Positions 12,291 through 22,152 of a stretch of DNA of 34,126 nt are shown one piece after another (the stretch's first letter is position 1; every line of letters starts with the position of its first letter). The notes beneath the pieces are model-generated. The model saw only the letters and a list, made by a program, of their open reading frames with translations. It was not told the origin of the DNA and made no database searches. Position numbers and translations under genes: made by a program. Source of the DNA: Squatina squatina (taxonomy: Eukaryota); assembly GCA_031763465.1 (NCBI GenBank), contig JARFOE010000009.1, positions 1 through 34,126 on the forward strand, read 5' to 3'.

Positions 12291-12685
12291 GATGAATGGA
12301 CACAGTGTGTGCCCTAAGCGTGTCATCTTGATTGGCCATGACATCCTGGTGGAATCCCCTGAAGGACTTTGGTGCATAGTATAATTTATCAGATTAATTA
12401 TATCCTCATAATGTGATACTATTATGATAACATATGCTCCGTCTTGTCAGTATGTGAGTGTGTCAACCTTCAATGTCACTAAGTCATGTAACGTTTACTT
12501 TCAACGTGGCTGGTGCAATATCATTTATATTGAGTTAATGGTTCTTTGCGCATGAGAAACCACCGATATCCATCATTACCTTCTCCTCTTATCTACTTTC
12601 ACTGCATCATATACGAAGCCCTGTTCAGGTCATTGAGAATATGAAAGAGAATTGAGTTCTGATTTTGGAAAATCTTCATTTCTTC

Positions 12686-13581
12686 TCAACATTTAATCAA
12701 CTGAACAATTAGAGAAAATGGAAATTTCACCACACTCTTCAACTGCTCTCTGAACTTAGTCTGTGTCATGGCATCAATGCAAGTGTTTGTGCAGCAATTC
12801 AGGAGCTGGAGCATGAATCCTATTTCCTTCATAAAAACAGGCTTATATATAGTGGTGCCACCTGAAAGGTGCATCCGGTTCCAGATAGAATTCACTGTAA
12901 ACACAAACCATAACAGAATAAAGTTCCCCGAGATAACAAGCAGTAAGATGATTGATTTTCTTCGTCTCTCAATCTCCATGTCGGTGGGATTCACCTCGCT
13001 GCTGTGATGCCGGAATCTCCTGCGGGCTCTGCTGGACACTAAAATGTATCTGATGGTTAAAACATTGAGCAGAAGAATCAGAGCAAATGCGATGCACGGT
13101 GTTAGAAAAGAATGAAGAACTTCGATTGCTGCCCACGAATTTGAAACCATTACACGAACACTAACGTAACTGAACCAGGGTGTATTGCTCAAACGGTACC
13201 AAGGCACATACATAAAGTACCAGAAACTGTTCTTTAAACAGCTCAGCACAGTAACTGTTCCGAGAACCAGAGCTGCAGTTTTCTTGCTGCAATATTGTTT
13301 TTTCAGCTTCTGACAACAAATGGCCACAAAGCGATCAAACGTGAAAGTGACAGTGAACCAGACAGAACAGTCTGTGGCTGCATAAAGCAGGACAGCGTGG
13401 ATATTACACACGGGGATGAACCGCACAAATAGTAAATGATGAGCAATTGGAATCTGCCTCAATATCAGGTCGGTGATAATGACCAGTAGATCCGCCGCTG
13501 CCATGGCCACCAGGTAGTGAGTGACACATTTGGAGAGACCGCAATTTCCCCGAGACAGGATCACAATCGTCAGGACATTAA
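12686..13581 (-). CDS. GPR139/GPR142-like class A GPCR, large final coding exon (TM1 end to stop)
   Basis: Acceptor tttcccttcctcacag| then VNVLTIVILS, YLVAMAAADLLV, SVWFTVTFTFDRFVAIC and RRKSIILL motifs in an open frame to TGA. The first exon is not visible. Confidence 0.88.
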
Positions 13582-13834
13582 CTGTGAGGAAGGGAAACAA
13601 ACAGACAAATTAACACAAGTTGATGAAAATGGAGTCAGCGGGTGATGGAGTTGTGGTGAAATTTCAAAATGTTTCACTTCTTTCAGTGATGGAATTAAAT
13701 ACCGTTCTGAGAAAGGGCTTTCTGCTGTAAACAGGGGCTCATCATGGGTTTCAGGCAAACAGCTGCCATATAACAGCGGATGATCGGGTAAATCAAAAGT
13801 GGCAATTAAACAAGCGTGTCCATGGAGATCAGAT

Positions 13835-13970
13835 CTCTGACCAGGGAGAGTGAGCCACTGACCAGTGAGATTGAGTCTGTGACAGGATGTTGTAATTGAC
13901 TGACCAGGAACATTCTGATAGTGATTTGAGTGAAAGAAAAAGTAACCAGGGAAAGTGAGTCAGTACCAGG
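13835..13970. repeat. Degenerate part of the 21-bp gagagtgagtcagtgacc minisatellite, separated from the main array by a LINE
   Basis: gaccagggagagtgagccactgacc and gggaaagtgagtcagtaccagg. Confidence 0.6.
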
Positions 13971-13979
13971 AAGAGGATT

Positions 13980-14790
13980 TTTATTCGTTCTGGGATGTGA
14001 GCATATCTGGCAAGGAAAGCTATCATTGCCACAGTGAGTGGCAATAAATTGGGCTTTGAAAAGGTACTGCTCAGCAGGCTTCTTGAAATGATGAATTTCC
14101 TGTGGTGAAGATACTCCCACAGTGCTGTTTGGGAGGAAGTTACAGTATTTTGATCAATCAACAATGAAGGAACGGTAATATAATTCCAAGTCAGGATTAG
14201 GTGCAACATGAAGGGGAAATTGCAGGTGATGGTGCTCCCATGGACCTGCTGCCCTTTTCCTTCTAGTTGGTGGATGTGGCAGGTTTGGGATGTGCTGCCA
14301 AGGAAGCCTTGGCGAGTTGCTGCAGTGTGAGTGTAGATGGTGCACCAGGCAGCAATGGTGCACCTGTGCTGGAGGGACTGAGTGTTGAAGGTGGTAGATG
14401 GTGTGCAATTCTCGTGGACTGCTTTGTCTGGGATGCTGATGAGCTTCTCGAGTGTTGCTGGAGCTGCTCTCATTCAGGCAAATGGAGATTGTTCCATCCA
14501 ACTCCTGACATGTGACTTGTCGGTGTTGAAGGATTTGATGAACTACGAGGTAAGATAATCACCATAGAATACCAAGCCTCTGACCTGTTCTTGTTGCCAA
14601 GGTGTTTATGTAGATGCTCCATTTAAATTTTTGGTCAATGGTGACGACCAGGATTTTGACGATCGCAATGAGTGCAATACCGCTGAATATCAATGGAGCT
14701 GATTAGACTCTCCCTTTTGGTATACAGTCAGTGCTTGGCATTTGCATGGCGTGTATATTACTTGCAACTTAGCAGTCCATGCTTAAGTGT
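13980..14790 (-). mobile_element. CR1/L2-group LINE 3' part, frameshifted
   Basis: Minus frames give AAPATLEKL..I.DKA, SLQHRCTIAA and HCSNSPRL...HHHLQFPL...YYRSF, the C-terminal ORF2 pattern of an abundant shark LINE. Confidence 0.7.
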
Positions 14791-14799
14791 TGTCCAGGG

Positions 14800-15727
14800 A
14801 ATGGGTCAGAGACCAGGGAGAATTGGCCATGACTGGTAATCGTGTGTTAGAGACCGGGGAGACTGAGTTAGTGACCGGGGAGAGTGAGTCACTTACCGGG
14901 GAGAGTGAGACAGAGACCAGAGAGATTGAGTCAGTGACTGTGGTGGGTGAGTCACTTACCGGGGAAAGTGAGTCAGTGACCATGAGAGTGAATCACTGAC
15001 CAGGGGGAGTGAGTCCGTGACCATGGAGAGTGAGTCCGTGACCATGGAGAGTGAGTCAGTTACCATGAAGAGTGATTCAATCATTCGGGTGAGTCAGTGA
15101 CCATGGTGAGTGAGTCAATCATTATGGAGAGTCAGTCTGTGACCGGGAAGAGTGCATCAGTTACTGAGGAGAGTGAGTCAATCACTGGGGAGAATGAGTC
15201 AGTGAAAAGTGTGAGTGAGTCAGTGACGTAAGTTCTGAATCAGGGACCAGGAAGACTGAGTAAGTGACAGGGGAGAGTGAGTCAGTGACCGGGGAGAGTG
15301 AATCAGTGACCATGGAGAGTGAGTCAGTTCTATTGGAGAGTGAGGCAATCATTCGGGAGAGTGAGTCAGTGACCATGGAGAGTGAGTCAGTGACAATGGA
15401 GAGTGAGTCAATCATTATGGACAGTGAGTCAGTGACCGGGGACAGTGAGTCAGTGACCGGGGAGAGTGAGTCCATCATTCAGGAGAGTGAGTCAGTGAAG
15501 ATGGAGATTTAGTCAGTCACCATGGAGAGTGAATCAATCATTCCAGAGAGTGAGACAGTGATCGGGGAGAGTGAGCCAGTGACCACTGAGTGTGAGTAAG
15601 TGACCATGGAGAGTGAGCCAATCATTGCAGAGAGTGAGTCAGTGACCGGGGCCAGTGAGTCAGTCACCAGTGAGTGTTTGTCAGTGACCGTGGAGAGTGA
15701 CTCAGTCATTCGGGAGAGTGAGTCAGA
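14800..15727. repeat. 21-bp minisatellite (gagagtgagtcagtgacc[ggg/atg])
   Basis: Tandem units directly visible; they produce the spurious ESESVTG / TDSLSPV ORFs. Confidence 0.92.
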
Positions 15728-16389
15728 ACCCCTTGAGGTGGCATCTGGAAGAGCATGATCAAAACAAACCCGAGGAAAGAGAGTATGGACTTTGGAGTGA
15801 ATTTGGGCTGTGCTCCCCACTGTGCTGTTTGAAAGACTCCGTGGGTTCAAGTCCCAGAAACGAGTGGCCGTTTGATGTGAAGAAGGGACAATTATACGTC
15901 GTAAATCAGGACAATGATTCCATTTCCACTTAAATCTGAAATTTCACATCCATTGAAAGTAAAAGGTTCTTGAGATAGATTTTATATGACTTTCCAACCC
16001 CAGAATCTCGAATCAGTTGCAAATAGTGTCGACTTTAAATGTCGTCATAAGATGACAAGCCATGTTTTGTGAAGGGCCCTCACCTGACCTGGTCAGTTTT
16101 CCTTATCCCACTGATGCTTGGCGTATTTGTAATTGTAGGAGATGTTCCAAATGTAGAATATGCGCCCAGTCCCCCCTCATAGTCCCAGCATTAATGTGAA
16201 GGAGAATTGGGCCTGGTGAATAACCAGTGGCTGGCTATAATCGGCAGCTTTCCAACATTGCCGTGTTATCCCCAGCTCTGTGGTTGAAAAGTTTTCTGAG
16301 TGTGCCACAGATTAACTTGACCACTTTGTGACTTGTGAAACTCTCTGTATGCAAATCGACCAGTGTTAAACTAGAGTTCTTTAACTGTC

Positions 16390-16600
16390 GCTGAGATTTA
16401 ATTGAGAACCTGATCCCAAATCGATCAGCACTAAACTGGCGTTCTCTATCTGTTGGTGTGATTTGATTGGGCATCTGAATCGTACTGGATCAGCACTAAC
16501 CCGGAGTTCTGTAGCAGTCGGTGAGATTTAAATAATTGTCTGAACCCAGCTAGATCAGCGCCAACCCGGAGTTCTGCAGGTGTTGTTAAGATATGATGGA
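16390..16600. repeat. 65-bp tandem repeat, about 3 diverged copies
   Basis: gatcagc core at 16423, 16488 and 16553, each followed by aacccggagttct-like sequence. Confidence 0.7.
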
Positions 16601-17215
16601 AATCCAACTGATGCGGTGAATCTGGTTGAATAAAGAGATTTCACCGTTCCTTGTTCTCCAGTGACAATCAACATGAATCAGTTACACGGTAGTAGAGAGG
16701 GAGATGGAACAGAGCGANNNNNNNNNNNNNNNNNNNNNNNNNNNNNNNNNNNNNNNNNNNNNNNNNNNNNNNNNNNNNNNNNNNNNNNNNNNNNNNNNNN
16801 NNNNNNNNNNNNNNNNNCTGCACCTCCAGTGCTGACTTTTGTAAACTCCTTTTACAGGGCATTAGAAGAGGAGGATTTGCAGCTGAAAAAACTCGTACCA
16901 AACATGGTGTCAAGATTTAACACAGTCTCTCGATTCATCGGGACCTGAATATCATCGGCTTTTGAATGTGGAAGGAGACATGTTTGTCTGTTCTGTCTGT
17001 GGGAAAAGATTTCAAACATCAGTGTGACTGGAAAAGCACCGAAACACACACGAGAGTGTTCCAGTGTACTGACTGTGGAAAGAGCTGTAACCAGTTACAC
17101 AGCCTGAAAAAACATTGCACCATTCACAGTGGGGAGAAACCGTACACGTGTTGTGTGTGTGTGGACGAGGCTTCAACTGATTTCCAACTTGGAGAGGCAC
17201 AAGGACACCCACACC

Positions 17216-17818
17216 ATGGAGAAACCGTGGAAATGTGGAGACTGTGGGAAGGGATTCAATTACCCATCCCAGCTGGAAATTCATCGGCGTACTCATACCG
17301 GGGAGAAGCCGTTCACCTGCCCCGTGTGTGGGAAGGGATTCACTGAGTCATCCAGCTTCACTGTACACAAGCGAGTTCACACTGGGGAGAAGCCGTTCAG
17401 TTGCTCTCAATGCGGGAAGAGGTTCAGGCAGTCATCCAACCTCACTAAACACCAGCATGTTCACACTGGGGAGAGGCCGTTTACCTGCTCCATGTGTGGG
17501 AAGGGATTCACTTGTTCTTCACACCTCATTGAACACAAGCGAGTTCACACTGGTGAGAGACCATTCCTCTGCTCCGTGGGTGGGAAAGGGTTTGTCAAAT
17601 CATCTCATCATCAGAAACACCAGCGAACTCACACTGGAAAGAGGCCGTTCATCTGCTCTGTGTGTGGGAAGGGATTCACTGAGTCATCCTCCCTGCTCAG
17701 ACACCAGCGAGCTCACATTGGAGAGAGGCCATTCATCTGCCCTGTGTGTGGCAAGGGGTTCACTGAGTCATCCGCCCTGCAGACACACCAGCGAGCTCAC
17801 ACTGGGGAGAGGCCATTT
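17216..17818 (+). CDS. C2H2 zinc-finger protein (7 fingers visible, 3'-truncated by gap) with decayed upstream fingers at 16858-17215
   Basis: [14 protein letters not shown] start and TGEKPF linkers; finger 5 is CSVG (Cys lost). The upstream fingers are frameshifted at a (gt)n run near 17152-17163. Confidence 0.8.
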
Positions 17819-17918
17819 NNNNNNNNNNNNNNNNNNNNNNNNNNNNNNNNNNNNNNNNNNNNNNNNNNNNNNNNNNNNNNNNNNNNNNNNNNNNNNNNNN
17901 NNNNNNNNNNNNNNNNNN

Positions 17919-18650
17919 CCCACACACAGGACATTTAACTGGCTTCTCTCCCCTGTGAACCCACTGGTGTTCCACCAGGTTAGCAGACTGAGTGAATCGC
18001 CTCCCACATACAGGGCAGGTGAATGGCCTCTCCCCTGTGTGACTGCGTTGGTGTGTCCGCAGGTGGGACGAGTGCCTAAACTTCTTGCCACAGTGAGAGC
18101 ACTCGAATGGTCTCTCATCAGTGTGAACTATTGTGTGCTTCTGCAGACCAGATGAAGTACTGAATCCCTTCCCACACATGGAGCAAGTGAATGACCAACC
18201 CCCGGTGTGAATGTGCTGGTGTCTTAGTAGGTCAGATGATGCTGTGAATCCCTTCCCACACATGGAGCAGATGAACGGCCTCTTCTCAGTGTGAATTCGC
18301 TGGTGATTCAGCAGGTTCGATGATGCTTTGAATCCCTTTCCACAAACGGAGCAGGTGAACGGCCTCTCCCTAGTGTGAACTCGCTGGTGGTTCAGCAGGG
18401 TAGATGACTGAGTGAATCCCTTCCCACACACGCCACAGGTGAATGGCCTCTCCCCAGTGTGACAGCGCCGATGATTTTCCAGCTGGGACGGGGAACCAAA
18501 TCCCTTCCCACAGTCCCCACATTTACACCGTTTCTCCCTGGAGGGACTGCATTTGTGTGTTGACAGGCCAGGTGACTGGTTGAAGCCTTGTCCACACACT
18601 GAGCACGTGCATGGTATTTGCCCGTTGAGATTGGTGCTTTTTCCTTCCAT
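17919..18650 (-). CDS. C2H2 zinc-finger protein (one degenerate, seven complete and one partial finger), 3'-truncated by gap
   Basis: Open frame with repeated CxxCGKGF...HxxxHTGERPF units. Confidence 0.85.
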
Positions 18651-18997
18651 ATTCCAAATCCGATCATAGTCAGGTCCCAGTGAATCAAGTGACTCTGTCA
18701 GATCTTGACGTGATGTTTGGTTTGAATTGCACGTCTGTANNNNNNNNNNNNNNNNNNNNNNNNNNNNNNNNNNNNNNNNNNNNNNNNNNNNNNNNNNNNN
18801 NNNNNNNNNNNNNNNNNNNNNNNNNNNNNNNNNNNNNNNACAAACTGTGTTGAGATATTCAATGTGTTTCGATTTACCACAGGGAGGAGGGACAATATGT
18901 GGGACGGGGACTTAAACTTTGGATGAACAAGAGAGGAAAGAATGTTCTGAATTTCTGTCAAGTACTTACACTGATGTGTTCTGTAATCTATTTTACA

Positions 18998-19645
18998 TGG
19001 TATTCGAAGGGGAGGATTTGCAGACCCGAAAATCAAATCAAACGTGGTATCAAGGTCTGACGGAGTCATCAGGATTTCAATATCATAGCCTTTTGAAGGA
19101 GGGAGAAGAACTGTTTGTCTTTTCTGTCTGTGGGTAGAGATTTCAAACATCTGTGTGACTGGAAAAGCACGAGACACACACACCTGAGTGAGAGTGCTCC
19201 AGTGCATTGACTATGGAAAGAGCTTTTAGCAGTTACAAAGCCTGAAAAACCATCACACCATTCACTGCGGGGAGAAACTCTATACGTGTTGTGTGTGTGG
19301 ACGAGGTTTCAATCAATGGAGAGACTTAAGGACACCCGCACCACGGAGAAACCATGGAAATGTGGAGACTGTGGGAAGGGATTCATTTCTCCATCCCAGC
19401 TGGAAACTCATTGGCGCAGTCACACTGGGGAAAGGCCATTCACCTGCTTTGAGTGTGGGAAGGGATTCACTCAGTCATCCAGCCTGTTGACACACCAGCG
19501 ACTTCACACTGGGGAGAGGTCGTTCACCTGCCCTGAGTGTGGGAAAGATTTCAGTCGGTCATCCTACCTGCTGACACACCAGCGAGTTCACACTGGGGAG
19601 AGGCCATTCACCTGCTCTGAGTGTGGGAAGAGATTCGCTGAGTCA
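18998..19645 (+). pseudogene. C2H2 zinc-finger locus with disrupted 5' part; three intact fingers from about 19343
   Basis: Homologous to 16858-17818, but the acceptor reads ttttacatg instead of ttttacagg, upstream fingers carry stops and frameshifts, and the MEKPW ATG is ACG (19343). Confidence 0.65.
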
Positions 19646-19745
19646 NNNNNNNNNNNNNNNNNNNNNNNNNNNNNNNNNNNNNNNNNNNNNNNNNNNNNNN
19701 NNNNNNNNNNNNNNNNNNNNNNNNNNNNNNNNNNNNNNNNNNNNN

Positions 19746-19868
19746 TAAGACAACCCTTCCCGACCCGGAATCAACTTAGTGAACCTTCTCTGAACTGCCT
19801 CCAATGTAAGTACATCCTTCCTTAAATAAGGGGACCAGAACTGTCCGCAATACTCTAGGTGTGGTCAT
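19746..19868 (-). mobile_element. CR1 RT C-terminal fragment
   Basis: Minus strand reads [34 protein letters not shown]. Confidence 0.8.
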
Positions 19869-20046
19869 GAATGCAACTTGTTATTGGGTCTGAAACTGCT
19901 GCGGAATTATTTCCTATCACTGCAAAGTTAGCCTCCTGAGTGTTGCGGCCTGGATTGGGATCTTTGTGACCTCTGACCTCCGCTCCGTTTCCCCACCCCA
20001 CCAGCGAGCCCGTTGATTCATAGGGGTGGGGTGGCGCACGGCTCAC

Positions 20047-20223
20047 CTTGAAAATGGCGGCGTCCTCGTCGTGCCTGTAGTCCTGCTTGCCTGCATGCTT
20101 CCACGGGATCCGGAACATTCCCAGCTTGCGATCCTCCCAGACCAGGCCCGGGTACTGCTCGCTGTCCACTTGCTCAATCATCCACTGCTTCAGCTTGCGG
20201 GTGCACCTCACCCGTCCTCCCAT
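20047..20223 (-). CDS. IRF9: Interferon regulatory factor 9, first coding exon (N-terminal half of the DNA-binding domain)
   Basis: cag|G ATG ... TTC AAG|gtgagc; MGGRVRCTRKLKQWMIEQVDS...FRIPWKHAGKQDYRHDEDAAIFK. The GR.RCTRKL N-terminus favours IRF9 over IRF4/IRF8. Confidence 0.88.
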
Positions 20224-20587
20224 CCTGCGCACAGCGGGGAAAGTAATGGGAAGAGCGGTGATGAGACAGATTCCTGCCTGAACCCCCCCTCCACGTGACC
20301 TGGCCCCTTGACCCTCTGCATGACCTGCTCGACGCCTGTGGGCACTCCCTAACGTCCGCACCCCGACTCCGACAAACTGCGAGATGAAAGACGCCAGCCC
20401 GCCCTGCCCCGCCCCCTCACCAAGCATATCCCTCTAATCTGACCCCAGGTCCCTGGGGATGAAAGGTCAATGTCTCACCCACTGCCCNNNNNNNNNNNNN
20501 NNNNNNNNNNNNNNNNNNNNNNNNNNNNNNNNNNNNNNNNNNNNNNNNNNNNNNNNNNNNNNNNNNNNNNNNNNNNNNNNNNNNNNN

Positions 20588-21441
20588 CCTCCCCGTTTCT
20601 TATGTCACAGGCTGGAAAGGCAGATTGGCCACCTCCTGGTCAGATGTAACATGTCCTGGAGGCTGAATGGCCTCCTCCTGTTCCTAAGTAACAGGCCTGA
20701 GAAACTGAATGGCCTCCTCCTGGTCCTATGTAACAAGCTCGAGGCGCTGAATGGCCTCCTCCTGTTTCTATGTGACAGGCCTGAGAAACTGAATGGCATC
20801 TCCTGTACCTATTGTAACAAGCCTGAAGGGCTGAATAACCTCATCCTGTTCCTACCTAAAAGGCCCGAGGGTCTGAATGGCCTCCACCTGGTCCTATATA
20901 ACAGACTCAAGGGTTGAATAACCTCCTCCTGTTTCTATGTGACAGGCCCGAGGGGTTGAATGGCCTCCACCTGTTCCTATGAAATAAGCTTAAGGTGCTA
21001 AATGGCCTCCTTCTATTCCTGAGTAACAGGCTCAAGGCTTAATGTCCTCCTCCTGTTCATATNNNNNNNNNNTAACAGGCTCGATGGGTGGATTGGCCTC
21101 CTCCTGTTCCTATGTAACAGGTTAGAGGGGCTGAATGGCCTCCTTCTGGTCCCAGAGGCTGAATGGCCTTCTCCTGTTCCTACTGTAACAGGCCCAAGGG
21201 GGTGAATAGCCTCCTCCTGTCCCAGCTAAAAGGCCTGAGGGGCTGAATGGCCTCCTCCTGGTCCGATGTAACAACCTCGAGGGGATGAATGGCCTCCTCT
21301 TATTCCTGTGTAAAGAACTCAAGGGGTTGAATGGCCTCCTTCCATTCCTGAGTAATGGGCTCAAGACTTGATGGGCCTTCTCCCTTTCCTTTGTAGCTAT
21401 TCCAAATGGCCTAGTTCTGTTCCAATGTAACATGTTCGTGG
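20588..21441. repeat. About 42-bp minisatellite resembling the CR1 LINE 3' tail
   Basis: Unit aacaggctcgaggggctgaatggcctcctcctgttcctatgt. Confidence 0.9.
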
Positions 21442-21790
21442 NNNNNNNNNNNNNNNNNNNNNNNNNNNNNNNNNNNNNNNNNNNNNNNNNNNNNNNNNNN
21501 NNNNNNNNNNNNNNNNNNNNNNNNNNNNNNNNNNNNNNNNNCAACATTCCATTTGCAATCTCAAATCCTCTCTAAACCTCCCACCTCTTACCCTAAATCT
21601 AGGCCCCCACATTCATTGTCTGCCCACATTCACTGTTTGCTTCACACCTGAGCAATGGAAGGAGCGATTCGTTAAAAAAAACAGAAAATAAATAAGCCAC
21701 CGAACCCCAGGCTGAGAGGTGCATTTCCAAGAGCAACCACAGGATAGCCCCAGGCCCCTTTCCACCCTCCACCTCCAAGGCCGCACCCAC

Positions 21791-21978
21791 CTGCTGCTAG
21801 ATTGCCTTTGCCCCTCAGTCGTCACGTGCTCGGCCAGAGGCGGCCGGAGTGCGTTCTGATTGGCCAGCATGTCGACCTTTGCCCTGAGACACTTGCACTT
21901 GTCCTCCATGGAGTTCAGATTGGCTTCGATGGCATCGAGCCGGAGGCACAGGGTCTTGCTGGCGGAGTACAGGAGAGT
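21791..21978 (-). CDS. BANP/SMAR1-like protein, internal exon encoding the N-terminal coiled coil
   Basis: ttctgttcccttcccacag|ACT...AG|gtgggt, a 188-nt exon encoding TLLYSASKTLCLRLDAIEANLNSMEDKCKCLRAKVDMLANQ, similar to BANP FLYSINQTICLRLDSIEAKLQALEATCKSLEEKLDLVTNK as recalled. Confidence 0.75.
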
Positions 21979-22152
21979 CTGTGGGAAGGGAACAGAATGA
22001 AACAAATCAGCGCAAAAGGTAATGAAGACCGTAATCCACTGTTAAAGTGGNNNNNNNNNNNNNNNNNNNNNNNNNNNNNNNNNNNNNNNNNNNNNNNNNN
22101 NNNNNNNNNNNNNNNNNNNNNNNNNNNNNNNNNNNNNNNNNNNNNNNNNNGC

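Noticed and set aside
14783-15850. ESESVTG / TDSLSPV repeat proteins
   Set aside because: Translations of a 21-bp minisatellite, broken by stops and frame changes.
17216-18650. Convergent or overlapping ZNF gene pair
   Set aside because: The two halves are separate contigs, so their relative orientation and distance are unverified.
21802-22150. N-terminus of the 795-aa ORF as part of HOMEZ
   Set aside because: It is the antisense of the BANP-like exon on a different contig, joined only through Ns.
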